A stretch of DNA of 64,000 nt from Octopus sinensis (Eukaryota), in contig NC_043012.1 in the NCBI RefSeq assembly GCF_006345805.1, positions 20,150,001 through 20,214,000 on the forward strand, given 5' to 3'. Positions 1-12,334 of the stretch are shown piece after piece; the first letter of the stretch is position 1, and each line of letters opens with the position of its first letter. Both the position numbers and the translations under genes were made by a program. The notes beneath the pieces were generated by a model, which had not been told where the DNA came from, searched no databases, and saw only the letters and a program-made list of their open reading frames with translations.

Positions 1-96
1 CTGTGAGGCCCTCAGATCTGAAAAATATTGACGTATAAACAATTATTTCATTCTGAAAATGAATATTAATATTTATATTATGTTTATATATAAATA

Positions 97-139
<43 letters not shown>

Positions 140-151
140 ATATATAATATA

Positions 152-201
<50 letters not shown>

Positions 202-204
202 TAT

Positions 205-425
205 ACTCTTTACTCTTTTACTGGTTTCAGTAATTCGACTGCGATCATGCTGGAGCACCGCCTTTTAGTCGAGCAATCTGACCCCAGGACTTATTTTTGT
301 AAGCGTAGTACTTATTCTATCGGTCTCTTTTGCCGAACTGCTACGTTACGGTGACGTAAACACACCAGAATCAGTTGTCAAGGGATGTTGTGGGGGACAA
401 ACACACACACACAAACATATACATA
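205..425 (-). mobile_element. tRNA-derived SINE family A, 3' half only
   Basis: Matches the 3' half of the full copies at 35156-35570 and 43147-43540 (ctcttttact..cagt..tgctggagcaccgcc..ggggacaaacac); ends abruptly at the inverted-repeat arm at 430. Confidence 0.9.
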
Positions 426-856
426 CAAATACTTAAAGTGACATTGAATGTTAATCATAAATAATTAAATAAAATAACTATTATATCCTAAAATGTTATT
501 TACTTATGTTCATTTACATATGTATATACACATACATATATTAACATATATACATGCACATATGTGTGTGTGTGTGTATTAGTGGAGCTCAAATGATTTA
601 AACTGAAAATCTGAGGTTTGCGCGGAACTAATTCTGCAGGCTATAAGGGGGAATCATACAGACACGGAGATAATTGTGCGGACAAACAAATTAGATATAA
701 TAGCTTGGGGTTGATATACAACATATGTTATATGTTTATATATGCAAAACGAGAAAATGCAAAGCGTGAAGACTTTCAGATGATTAAAGTATAAATATAC
801 AAATATTTATATAATTAGATCAAGTATACAAAGTGTACAAATTACAGAGAATTGAA

Positions 857-903
857 GGATATGAAGTAAGGGTTTATAAAACCCGAAAGCCGAAGCTTTG
901 ATC
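857..903 (+). ncRNA. Degenerate hammerhead-shaped relic
   Basis: ATGAAGT (vs CTGANGA) - stem II gggttt/aaaccc - GAAA - stem III agc cgaa gct. The core is mutated. Confidence 0.3.
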
Positions 904-1560
904 AATAATACATTATTTATCGTGAGACAGCCTGCACAGAGAATCTCCACAACATACATGTGACAGAGGGCATGAACAAGAGAACATTTAAGCTATAATA
1001 ATCTTCAAATATATAGTTTAATTTATCACAAATGTCGTATAGGATGTACATATGTGTATGCATTCATGAATAACTATCATTGAAAATTAGTTATTAATAC
1101 AAAAATGCATTTCCCTCACTTTGGGCTATCATCACATTAAATATTGCAACCATTCCGTGTGCTTTTAATTTTCAATGCTCATATCTATGTGATGTTGAGA
1201 ACATCGTAGACACACAAAGAAAGCCGAATTTATATATGTATGTGTATATATGCATGTAAATATTTTGCATTTATTATTAACAATTCACCAAATATGAAAA
1301 ACGTTTAAATACAACGCAAAATTAACTTTCGATTTATATATGATGGAATATTTTCACCTACTTGTATAAGAGTTGTTTAATCAGAATATTCAATTTTATA
1401 CACGGTATATGAAAGTACCGAGATGTAGTAGCATAACAACAGACTTGGTCTGAGATCGTGTGCTGAAACAAAACTTATTGCAGCGTGAAAGGTGTTTGTA
1501 AGCCATTTAAGAACACACAAAAAACCGTTAATTTCACCTCAACATTTAATTTTAATTTGT

Positions 1561-1650
1561 GTCAAAATATTTTCGACGCATTAAAACCACGATCTGTTCA
1601 CTGACAAGACTTTGTGCTGCATGCTTTTTAGTCAGTGAACAGGTCGCAGT
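1561..1650 (-). repeat. Hammerhead-shaped fossil with short fold-back
   Basis: The minus strand reads gtca GTGAACA gatcgt..tgcgtc GAAA atat tt tgac; an inverted partial copy, gtcagtgaacaggtcgc, starts at ~1632. The core is non-canonical. Confidence 0.4.
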
Positions 1651-2442
1651 GAACTATATGAAATTTGTTTCAAATATACTTACGCAATATTTCCTAAGAA
1701 ACCTATAAAAATTTCACTTAAACTGAAATGGAAAAATAAATTTAGTACATCAGTTATATGATGTAAATGAACATAAGTAAATAACATTTTAGGATATAAT
1801 AGTTATTTTATTTAATTATTTGTGATTAACATTCAATGTCACTTTAAGTAATGTTAGAATATATATCTTTAAACGGATGTGCAGTTTCTCCAATTAGACA
1901 TTCACGAAATAGTGACCAAATAATTTTGATTGAATGGGCCGCGCATGTACGTACGTGTGTGGATGTGTGTGTTTCTGTGTATATGTGTCTGTGGGAGAGA
2001 GAGTCTGTGTGTTTGTGTATGTGAGTCAATGTGGTTGTGTTTGTGTATTAGTATGTGTCTGTAGGTTTTAAAACTTTTCGGGAGTTCCAGAGATTTGAGG
2101 ACTATTAATACCTTTTCACACAATTTCACTCAGGTCTTTATAGTTTTCTATTGTTAATTAGAATATTAAGGATTCTTTAACTATGCATCAGCTACCTGTA
2201 TCAGTGAACACTGCTACAAGACAATTGTGTTTCAACGGACTGGACGTCATCTGCAGCAAAACATTTTGTTATGCAGGGAGAAAGCTGAAGCAAGTAAGAC
2301 ACCATCGTAAATCACTGGATTGGTAATAGTTATGGACAAGTGATTGAAGTCGACTGTTTGTAAGACAGTAGGCATCTTTAAAAATGAGAGTATGGTTCTT
2401 GTCGCTCCGAGAAATGAGTATATATATATATATATATATATA

Positions 2443-2506
<64 letters not shown>

Positions 2507-2507
2507 C

Positions 2508-2540
<33 letters not shown>

Positions 2541-2873
2541 ACATGCTTGCAATCGTTGACGTAATGAGTATTTTAGAAATAGTTGTCAAATGCTGATTCT
2601 AACCGATATTTGCAAAGCATGAAATCATTTTATATTGGGTTATGTATTAGTTATCTTTGTATTCCATTCAGAGGTAAGCCTATTTTTTTGAAAATATTCA
2701 TTGCATTGCTCGTGTGTATATTTATAGCAAAATTTATGGTATTTTCTTGAAATAGTCACTTTGATTTTTAGCAAGGGGTATATTTACCCAACTTCTCTTA
2801 AATGATATTATATATATATACATATATATATGAATAGAAAATGGAGTTAACGCAGGTGTAAACAAGTATTTTT

Positions 2874-2959
2874 ACTTTCGACATATGTTTCGAAAATTCC
2901 ACTGATACTATTCAAAAGAATAAATGGTATAAACAATGCAATCTTCTCTTCGGGAAAGT
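2874..2959 (-). ncRNA. Type-I hammerhead ribozyme (mirror copy)
   Basis: Reverse-complement copy of 3126-3211; stem III is the perfect palindrome ACATATGT; cleavage triplet GUC. Confidence 0.75.
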
Positions 2960-3125
2960 GAAAAAAACGAAACTTGTCAATAGGACATTTTAGCAAAAAA
3001 TGATGGATTTGTATAGCGATAGACATATAACGTTTTTTTAAACAATATTAATAGCGTTCTGTCAATCGCTATACAAATCCATCATTTTTTGCTAAAATGT
3101 CGTATTGACAAGTTTCGTTTTTTTC

Positions 3126-3211
3126 ACTTTCCCGAAGAGAAGATTGCATTGTTTATACCATTTATTCTTTTGAATAGTATCAGTGGAATTTTCGAAACAT
3201 GTGTCGAAAGT
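3126..3211 (+). ncRNA. Type-I hammerhead ribozyme
   Basis: Stem I actttc/gaaagt; core CCGAAGA (U4C variant) 3132-3138; stem II gaagattgcattg/cagtggaattttc; GAAA 3194-3197; short stem III aca-tg-tgt; GUC. Confidence 0.75.
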
Positions 3212-3409
3212 AAAAATACTTGTTTACACCTGCGTTAACTCCATTTTTTTATTCATATTATTCAAAATATTCAACGTAAACACGAAGTTTCTACCTTTAC
3301 AAACAAGGAGTTACAACACCTTTACTTGTGAGATTTTTGCTGCCCTGGTAACTATTTATTTATTTTTCCGTGTTAATTGTTAACAAGGTAAAAATACACT
3401 CATCTATTT

Positions 3410-3444
<35 letters not shown>

Positions 3445-3448
<4 letters not shown>

Positions 3449-3678
3449 GTGAAATAGAAAGATGAATAATCTTGTAGTGGATTAATCAAAAGTTTAACCG
3501 ATACCTTAGTAGCAAAAATCACAGCAGTGAACAGCACGGTTGGAGGTACAACCATCTGGCGTTGCAACCGTGCGTTGGTGCGGGGTAATTTGTGCCTTTC
3601 GAAACACGTGTAGAATGAAATAAAACGATTTCTGTTCAATCTGCGTTCAGCTCCATTTCTTCAATTCACCAATAATGT
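3445..3678 (-). mobile_element. Second copy of the 49149-49505 element with one hairpin arm missing
   Basis: 3445-3585 is the reverse complement of ~49360-49500; 3585-3676 matches the arm 49258-49350, including GAAACACGTGTA; flanked by (TA)n. Confidence 0.85.
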
Positions 3679-3835
3679 TATATATATATATATATATACA
3701 AAATATGGGGGTTTACTTCACAGGTGATCTAAGCGATTAGGTACGCTATGTAAGTGCTGTAACGGATGGCTGAGGCTCCAAGGTTATAGCCGAGATGGTA
3801 GTTATGGAGCTATTGTAGATTTCTAATGCAGTGGA

Positions 3836-4003
3836 TATATAATAGTTAAACAAGATGTCAAACATTAAGGCAAGACAAATATCACAAGCCATACGCAATA
3901 TTATTATAGGAATATTATTATGCTTTCTTATAATAATATTGTATATGACTTGAGATATTTGCCTTGCCTTTAAGTTTCACGTCCTGTTTAACTATAATAT
4001 ATA
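3836..4003. repeat. Imperfect ~75-bp inverted repeat
   Basis: atagttaaacaagatg..aaggcaagacaaatatcacaagccat..caatattattatagga vs tcttataataatattg..tgacttgagatatttgccttgcc..cctgtttaactat. Confidence 0.75.
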
Positions 4004-4109
4004 TATTTGTGTGTTTGTGTGTGTGTATGTGTGTGTGTGTATGTGTGTGTATGTGTGTGTGTGTGTGTGTGTGTGGTGAATGGAAGACGGAAGATGGAGA
4101 ATTTTCATG

Positions 4110-4222
4110 ATTATTCATGACAATTGCTTCGACACATCTAGCATCGATTCGTCTCGGGTGAGATACTTAACAACTTGTTGAGGAGCATTCGGTGTTGCAG
4201 GTGTGTGTCATCGAGTGATAAA
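4110..4222 (-). ncRNA. Degenerate hammerhead with long stem II
   Basis: Minus strand: TCGATGA cacacacctgca...tgctagatgtgtc GAAG CAATTG TC atga; palindromic stem III; core substitutions present. Confidence 0.4.
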
Positions 4223-4608
4223 TATTTACAACTCGTTAAAGTAACAGTTCCTTCTCATTTCTTAGACAGAAAAGCAGTAAAACGAAGGAAATACCTTCAT
4301 TTATCATACATAGAAGATAAAAGTAAAATCTCAAATGCAAAAAAAGAAATGAACACGCAATGAAGTGAGAAAAGTATTAAAAATAACCGTTAACAAATAT
4401 GGATGTAAACGACCTCGCGCAATCCGTATGGCGCGTGTACGCGTGCTCATACAAGCACCGGCGAAAATGTAAGCATACGCACAAGTTTGGTTTGGTACAC
4501 CCATGATCACAAAGCGAGTTGAATATGTATTTGTTTTTTATAAGAAAGGGGGAATTAAAAGCAAACTTAATTCATCCATACATTAAAGTAAATTATGTTA
4601 ACACTTAC

Positions 4609-4750
4609 TCAAAATTCATTCCCACTACATTGTGGGAAAGTACATTGATATGCGTGTAGGCATCTTGAGAGTCTTTCAGAAATTCTATTCATGATGTCCT
4701 CATTGTTCCACAACATAGACAGGGATTCCTTGGAAAAGTGTCGGCATCTC
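4609..4750 (-). CDS. Candidate host gene, last coding exon (RCRHFSKESLSMLWNNEDIMNRISERLSRCLHAYQCTFPQCSGNEF*)
   Basis: Acceptor tatcgtttacAG; only one frame open across 142 nt, ending TGA followed by GTAAGT; a diverged paralogue at 27777-27897 keeps the frame. Confidence 0.7.
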
Positions 4751-5221
4751 CTGTAAACGATATTGTATGGTTTTGCGTGCCTTACTTTGAACCATTTTAT
4801 GCTGTACTTAATTTTATCTTACTTCAGTCGGCACTCATAAACGGACAAACATGTTGCATGTCTCTAATTGATTCTTTTGAAGCTGGTGACATGGCTGGAT
4901 AACGTTTCTTAAATATATGTATAGCCTATATACTCATAAGAACACATGTATATACATATGTATGCATGTGTATATATATGTGTGTGTGTATATATATACA
5001 TATATATGTGTGTGCGTGTGTGTATATATACATATATACATGCGTATATTATGTATATGTATGCATAAATGTGGGGATGTTTAGGAAATGTAATTCTTTA
5101 TAGTTTTATCTACTTCCAGTCCAAACGTTTAAAGAATACGTATTTTGTGTATACACCTGTAAATGATATTGTTATAGGGAACAACGCATGCATTATTGTA
5201 AGCTTAAATTCAATAACTTAC

Positions 5222-5251
5222 CCCTTTATTGCCAATGTTCCAAGAGCAGGT
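5222..5251 (-). CDS. Candidate host gene, 30-nt microexon (PALGTLAIK)
   Basis: Strong acceptor ttatttttcccttgcAG and donor GG|GTAAGT; phase 2-2 open. Confidence 0.6.
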
Positions 5252-5343
5252 CTGCAAGGGAAAAATAAATTAAAATCTTTAATAAATGAAATATTGAAGA
5301 ATTCATGTATAGGCACACACACAAACATATATATATATATATT

Positions 5344-5392
<49 letters not shown>

Positions 5393-5441
5393 GTATATAT
5401 ATACATATAAATATATATACATATACATACACACACACACG

Positions 5442-5474
<33 letters not shown>

Positions 5475-6920
5475 GTATATGTATATACATATACACACAC
5501 ATACACACACACATATATATATATATACAACGTTCTTATATTCATTGAACCTTCGTCAAGTGCACTATTTAGACTCTTTCATCTTCTCTCCTTAAATATT
5601 ATTAAATATTTTGATTTCTTTATTTACATCATTTCTCTCCTCTCTCTTTCGGCTCTCCCTCCTCTCACTTCCCCTCTCTCTCCCCGCTCTCTCTCTCTCT
5701 GTTTCTGTCTATCTTCCTCTCTCACTATCTCTGAACGTTCCTAATGATGTATATTCCGAGCCATTCTTAGATACTTCGATTCATTACATTAAATTGAAAC
5801 TATGGAACATGTGATGTCTGCTTGATATGAGCATCCCTAATACTCATGCCACAACCGGACACATCTTATGATCAGCCTATTCACTATACTGACTATACTG
5901 ACGCTTCGCTGCGCGCAGTGAGACGGCGCTAATTCAGTTCTACCTTGAAATACTTAATGATTTTTAAAATGCCAGCAGCTATTGTGTCCCTGATGTTATA
6001 CACTTTGAAGAGTAATATCTTGATGTTGTGAATTTAATATATTCGTCTTTCATCTAAAACAGGATTGGCTTGGTGAATATGGTACTGAATTTGCGGCAGA
6101 TGACATAGGTTCCGCTACTATCTCTAACTCCCATTGTCGTTTGTAATTAAATAATTGCATTTCCAATCAGATATCTTTCTCTCTTTCCCATACGTATTGT
6201 TACACAAGGCAAATAACTAATTATGATCAAGGCAATGAATAATGACTTGGGGAAAATTTGAACCCTTAGCAACATACTAATTCCTTAAGTTGTTGCTACC
6301 ATGTCAATCCTCCAGCGGCATTACATACGCATAGACTTATCAATCAAACCCTATTACCCTACTGAAGATATCGTGTTCAGGCGAACAGTTCTGAAAGATA
6401 TACTTTTACCCTCAAAAGAGAGCTCGTTCTAAGGCATGCGCTCTCACCATATAGATATCTTGCTATTCTTTTATGGGTTTTATATTAGGTTTTATATGGG
6501 TTTTATATTAGGTTTTATATTAGGCTGGAAAGAAAACCTCGTATTTCTCACAATAAATCTGAGACAAACAATTTGAAATTAATTATTATTCATTTACGTT
6601 TTACATCCTAAAGCGTTTTAAACTTCTTAACAGATTACTAATTAGCATTGTATTTTTAATATTCATAAAGATTTTATTCCTTCAGAATTTAACACGTGTG
6701 TGCGCGTGTGCGAGGCTATGTGCGTATGAGAGTATGTGTTTCTGTAATTGTGAAGCTAGACAGAGCACGCATTACATTAATATTACATAAGAAAATATAA
6801 CTCACATGGCGCGTTTGCTCCTGCTAGATAGTTCTGTGCTGTAATGAAAGAAAAAAAACATTCATTAATGAATGAAATATAGCGGATGCCAAGTATATAT
6901 ATATATATTATATATATATA

Positions 6921-7035
<115 letters not shown>

Positions 7036-7444
7036 ACGAAGAAGACAAAATAGAGTGGAAAACCTACCGAAGGCTTGTGTTATATGATTGAAAAATATAT
7101 CTAATTCGTTATGCTAGAAAAATTTTATAAAATTATGTGTATAGTAAAATTGTTTTCGGAGAAATAACCGATTTCGTATTTTCTTTCCAAATTTCTCAAA
7201 TTTCTTTACCTATATTGTGTCATATCTTCACTATGCTGTGAAAATGTGACGTAATCAGGGATTTTTTCGGTATAAGGGTATAATAAAAAATGTTGTGAAT
7301 GACTAGGTTTTATTAATTTAACATGGTTTGGTTTAGAAGGAACAGAATGCTGCAAGTGGTTAGGTTTTACTTTATATTTTTTTCAATGGGGTGAGTTTCC
7401 TTATTTAAAGATGATTGAAATGGTTCAAATTTGGCGTATATTTT

Positions 7445-7575
7445 TCAATCTCGAGTGTAACCAGCCGAAATTGCAAAGACAATCCGGAACTTGACTGAGG
7501 AAAGAAATCTCTAAATTACCCGTCCTTGTTTTTTTGTATCGTTTGTCTGGATGTTTTGTTGTCCCTTTTTTCTAT
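7445..7575 (+). repeat. Fragment of the repeat family also at 16185-16448
   Basis: Shares caatctc..taaccagccgaaattgc..tccgg..cttgactga..cccgtcc..tttttgtatcgt. Confidence 0.75.
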
Positions 7576-7583
7576 ATGTATAT

Positions 7584-7636
<53 letters not shown>

Positions 7637-7640
<4 letters not shown>

Positions 7641-8100
7641 TAGAATATAATGTATAGAAGAGGTCAACCGAGAAGTGCTCAATCTCACGTGAGCCTTTTA
7701 GTAATAAAATTCAGATTTTCGTAACGTATCTGCCACTATAGGTTTCACGCGCACATGCGCGTTAAAAGATCTTGTAGAAAATCAAACACTAAGATATATA
7801 ACGTGGTTAAGTCGTTACAGATAGAGAACGTTAGGAAGGTGCCGATAGGATGAAAATATTTTCGAATTGAGACATCTGACACCGATTTGAACAAAGATTT
7901 TTGGAATGGTGTTATGCCTATGTCCAGCAGTATTTGCATAGTACATTTGCTGTTGCCCTTTATGTAGAAATTCAAACATGGTTGAAAAATGGCATCTTAT
8001 TAACAGTATAATAGTCAAGTAGGTAAATCTCAAAGATATCCTTCTCACCGGTTAATATATTTGTATTGGACACACAATCGCTCACACAATGAAGGTAGCT
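7637..8100 (-). mobile_element. Probable PLE 3' end with decayed hammerhead
   Basis: Minus strand stem II acgcgcatgtgcgcgt followed by GAAAC ctatag (~7725-7765); CTGANGA decayed; abuts (TA)n; shares the GTRCTCAA tail motif. Confidence 0.4.
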
Positions 8101-8386
8101 TCAAATTCCTTCTCAAATTTCTCATTTCAGAAGTGGAATTCATGTAGACCAACCAAATTTAAACGTGTACATGCAACATTTTGCATAAGTATCACTTGAA
8201 TAAAGACAAAATATCACTAGGCATATGGTCTTTACGTTTTACAACAAAAATACAAGGTCTTCTTTAAAAAATAATTGCATCATTCACTAAAAGATACTCG
8301 TGTAATGGAGAGCATGTGTATGTTTGTATGTATGTGTGCATGTGTGTGTTTATATGTAACGGTCGATTGATATATTCATATTTTAC

Positions 8387-8451
8387 ATTAGATTGATGAT
8401 ATGGAAAGTATAATATGAAGGTATGCAGAACACCTGTCGGGTTTTTTTGTC
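8387..8451 (-). CDS. Candidate host gene exon (DKKTRQVFCIPSYYTFHIINL)
   Basis: Acceptor atttattcattacAG, weak donor AT|GTAAAA; 65 nt, phase 0->2, which bridges the neighbouring exons. Confidence 0.4.
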
Positions 8452-8734
8452 CTGTAATGAATAAATCTCATTAATAAATCAAATATAGCGGAAACATATA
8501 TTTGTTTGGTTTGCTCCACCCATCTCGCTCAGCATCAACTCTTGTGGGGGCAAGGTTTCCCTTAGATTATTAGACAAACATTTCATACACACATAGATAA
8601 AGGCATTTATTTAGTAGGCACAACGTAAGTCTCGTTTCGTTGTACACCGAATACACAAAAAAAAACATTTTGACAAGTAGCCACAACATAAGGGAGGAGT
8701 CACGCTGCTCTTGCAGGGTATATAATACCTGTCC

Positions 8735-8805
8735 AATAGGAGGCTGATGCGAGACTGAACCTGGAACAATGTAGTCGGGGAGCAAGCTACTTACCACACA
8801 TTCAC
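8735..8805 (-). mobile_element. SINE A head fragment
   Basis: gagactgaacctggaacaatgtag..agcaagctacttaccacaca matches the SINE A head. Confidence 0.65.
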
Positions 8806-9082
8806 ACACACACACACAAAGTTATTGCACGTGCACATGGCTATTAATATAGGTTTGAATGTATGGCAGAAAATTACATTTTGCATGTGAAAAGTTTTAC
8901 TAAAGTTTCAGACAATGGTAAATGATTACTACTTAAATAGTAAATTGGTTATAAACTGGATCACACTAAGGGATATAAAGTCAGAAATGAGATGGTTCGA
9001 AACTTGTTGAAGACTCATAATTAAACAATACTTAACATTTTTTTGTTTTGTTTTAATATATAATTCGTAGTTTGATACTTAC

Positions 9083-9146
9083 AAAACTGTGCTGACAAAT
9101 CTTTTCAGCTTGATTTGTAATTCTAATTTGAGCCCAAAAGTTACAT
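9083..9146 (-). CDS. Candidate host gene exon (CNFWAQIRITNQAEKICQHSF)
   Basis: Acceptor ttgtttataattAG, donor GTAAGT; 64 nt, open in phase 2->0 continuing the 9609 exon. Confidence 0.55.
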
Positions 9147-9155
9147 CTAATTATA

Positions 9156-9349
9156 AACAAGGGGCTGTTGAAAGCTTCCTGGCTTTAGGAGTATCGCGTA
9201 ATGTGCGGCTGGAGGCCCAAACTTCCGTACATAGGAAAACTGAAGGGCCGCTGCAATAAGTGTGTGAATCTGGGAGGGAAATATGTTAACTTAAATCATA
9301 ATTAACTGATCCTTATTCACAAAGCCAGGAACCTTTCAGCACTCACATA
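9156..9349 (+). mobile_element. Mariner-derived MITE
   Basis: Imperfect TIRs ggggctgttgaaagcttcctggcttt / aaagccaggaacctttcagcactc; internal KLKGRCNKCVNLGGKYV resembles the mariner C-terminus. Confidence 0.75.
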
Positions 9350-9608
9350 TCATAAACTCAACAAATAGAGAAGGGAATTCCGCAAGTTATGGAATTATAC
9401 ACAACTAAATCGCAGTTGGTTGTAGTCAGATTTGTAGAAATAAATTTTATCCCAATATTATGTGATCAATACTATATGCTACATATATAATATCTAATAT
9501 AAATTAATATTTCCAAATAAATATAGTTAAATTGCAATTCAAAAGAGATTTAAAGATGTTACACAGGCATAATCAGATTATTTCATAGATAAAATATCAA
9601 TAACTTAC

Positions 9609-9758
9609 CGATTAGATTTTTTATCCTCCGAAGTGTCCTTCGGAATGGCAAATGGATCATCAAATGTCACCAGAAAACATTCGATGGCATTTCTAAATGT
9701 CTTTTTTTCATATTGTTTGAAGTGGTAAATAGGAAACAGTAGTGTGCGTTTTATATAC
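9609..9758 (-). CDS. Candidate host gene exon (YIKRTLLFPIYHFKQYEKKTFRNAIECFLVTFDDPFAIPKDTSEDKKSN)
   Basis: Acceptor cttgccttattcAG, donor CG|GTAAGT; 150 nt; only the phase 2-2 frame is open. Confidence 0.7.
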
Positions 9759-9985
9759 CTGAATAAGGCAAGAACTTTCAATGAGAAGAATAACATAAAC
9801 AATACATAAATACACACACACATGTATATATTGGGTGAATTCAGCTTACAACAAGAACACAGCCGACAATTGTTTCTAATGCTTCGACATATTTAGAAAG
9901 ATAGAAAATGTCTTCATTGATGCCTCCTTAGATATTTAATCTCTTCTTTTCCTTTTTCTACACATACACACACACACACACACAC

Positions 9986-10016
<31 letters not shown>

Positions 10017-10138
10017 GGGCGCATGAGTGGCTGTATGGTAAGTAGCTTGCTTACCAACCACATGGTTCCGGGTTCAGTCCCACAACGTGGCACCTTGGGC
10101 AGGTGTTAGGGTTAATGCATATGTATGTATATATGTAA

Positions 10139-10194
<56 letters not shown>

Positions 10195-10405
10195 GCGTCT
10201 GTGTTTGTCCTCCCAACATCGCTTGACATCCTATACTGGTGTATTTATGCCCCCGTACCTAGCGGTTCAGCAAAAAGAGACCGATGGAATATGTACTAGG
10301 CTTACAAAGAATAAGTCCTGGGGCCGATTTGGTCGACGAAAAAGTGGTGCTCCAGCATGGCCGCATTCAACATGACTGAAACTAGTATAAAATAATAAAA
10401 GAATA
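10017..10405 (+). mobile_element. tRNA-derived SINE family A (internal deletion)
   Basis: Head ggcgcatgagtggctgtatggtaag..ggttcagtccc (A/B-box-like), (GT)n middle, tail ccagcatggccgca..tgactgaaac. Confidence 0.9.
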
Positions 10406-10408
10406 TAC

Positions 10409-11036
10409 ACACAGCGGGGGTGAAGATTAAGTAGGCATTAAAAATTGGTTATAAAATCTATATTCCTTTTACAAATTTATTGAAACACTATTACCTGCTA
10501 AAATGAAAGTAAATCTTCATATTTCAAAGTAATAACCGGTTGCGTCAACCAATTTCCTCAGACGGCCAAGGATAGAATGAACAATTTTCTAAAGGATATC
10601 GTCTGATATACCATTGAGAGACTCCGGAATCTGTGTCTGTGTGTCCTCAAGCGTGAGGGGTTTCCCACGGGTAAACATCACATGGAGTGAGGTCTAGGCG
10701 TCTTGGAGTTCTGGACTTCTAGACGTCTTGAAGTTCTGGTGAAAGTCTTCAGGTTTTAGCTCCTGCACGTAATGGGGTTTCCACGGATGAAAATTCTATT
10801 CTTTATGCAACATCGTACGTAGTGTGTGTCTTGTTAGTCCACTTTCACGTGCTCCTTCACATGTTAATTTTTGAGGGCTGCGATTAAACATTTACTGCAC
10901 TGTTGCCACGTTCACCGCTGATCACTACGTGGTTGGGAGGTCACTTCGTGCATCGGTCACAAAGCCTGTGGTCATCAGCTTACCATGACAACTTTTTACT
11001 TTCTACAGAGTTTTCACTTCTTTCCACCCGCACTGT
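10409..11036 (-). mobile_element. Internally deleted Tc1/mariner-superfamily transposon
   Basis: Imperfect TIRs (cagcgggggtgaaga / ctttccacccgcactgta); minus-strand relics ESGLTRHTLR..NFHPWKPHYVQELKPED and RLRKLVDATGYYFE. Confidence 0.75.
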
Positions 11037-11150
11037 ATATATATATATATTATATATATATATAAATTTTATGTATATATATATATATATATAAATTTTA
11101 TATATATATATATTATATATATATATATATATTATATATATATATAATAT

Positions 11151-11187
<37 letters not shown>

Positions 11188-11195
11188 TTAAATTA

Positions 11196-11234
<39 letters not shown>

Positions 11235-11619
11235 TTTATATATATATATACATATATGGATGTAGAAGGTTTAAGGGTGTGCTTCTGTGTATGGATGCGT
11301 GTATGTATCATAGTGTATAGAAGTGTGTCCTTTAGCGTCTGCTCCATACATTTAGTGTGCACGTATGTGTGTGTACTTCGGCATGTAGACTGTTGCATTA
11401 GACGTGTGTAGATGAGTGTGAATGTCTGAGTGCTTTTGTTATTTAAGGAGGCAGGTTGTCAGGCGAATATTTACGTGGCAGAAGTGTTATCTATATATGC
11501 TCATGTGTTATACACAAGCGTAGTTGCTAGCATGTATGCGTCTGGCATTGTGGCTGTGTGTGTGTAGACGTATCCATGTGTGTTTATTTATGTATTTATG
11601 CATGTGTGCACCCCGCTTA

Positions 11620-12110
11620 TATGATGACGAAACTAGAGGGCTGTAGGGGTGCATAAGTTTGTAGGGCAGACAGACTGCACATGCATTGGTAGTTCGAAAC
11701 CGAGTCCTTGGTTGTGGAAAAGTCAGTGATCGGTTCTGCCGATTTTAAAGTGGTATATCTGTGTTGACAACTGGCAGTCGTGTAAAGTTGACCAGGAGGG
11801 CATACCTCTGGTGGCAGTAATACGATAATTCGCATTTCTTGTTCGTAGATACTACTATCTTGTTGAGAGTCGTATGGAATGTTTATTTGCAATATCTTAT
11901 ATTATGCTCTGGGTGTATGGGATGTTCATATGCTTGTGAGCTGGGGTAGTTTGTATAGGTATTTCATCTGTGTGTTGAGTTCGTTATGTATATTCAAATT
12001 TCACGCTCAAGAAAGGTGCTATTCTTGTGTGATTAACGGCGCAGGTGGTTGTTCTCTTTGAAGTGTTTGAGAGTGAAATTTGCTTGTGTATACTGGGAGA
12101 GTAGAATTCA
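11620..12110 (-). pseudogene. Decayed Penelope-like RT-thumb/GIY-YIG fragment
   Basis: Translates to YSPSIHKQI...MNIPYTQSII*DIANKHSIRL...IYHFKIGRT, resembling the PLE GYP..I / IPY / YIG.T motifs; stops present. Confidence 0.45.
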
Positions 12111-12167
12111 GAGACAGAGAGACAGACAGACAAGCAGACAGGCAGACAGGCAGATATAGATACACAA

Positions 12168-12254
<87 letters not shown>

Positions 12255-12334
12255 CATGTTATTTCTGTTTATTTGCATTTAATATATCATATTTTATTGA
12301 TGGTAGTGTTTTTACAAATCTTCATGAATTCTAT

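Larger units (their letters stand above)
430..1850. repeat. 90-bp inverted repeat pair (430-519 / 1761-1850) bracketing ~1.24 kb
   Basis: tacttaaagtgacattgaatgttaatca[t/c]aaataatt...catttacat equals the reverse complement of 1761-1850 with one mismatch. Confidence 0.9.
2828..3410 (+). mobile_element. PLE-type fold-back element: ~198-bp inverted arms (2828-3025 / 3060-3258) plus ~150-bp tail, between (TA)n tracts
   Basis: The arms are near-perfect reverse complements and each carries a hammerhead. Confidence 0.85.

Noticed and set aside
6329-6390. Exon-like segment with good acceptor and donor, phase 0->2
   Set aside because: It contains TGA TAA in the required frame; an alternative terminal exon cannot be excluded but has no support.
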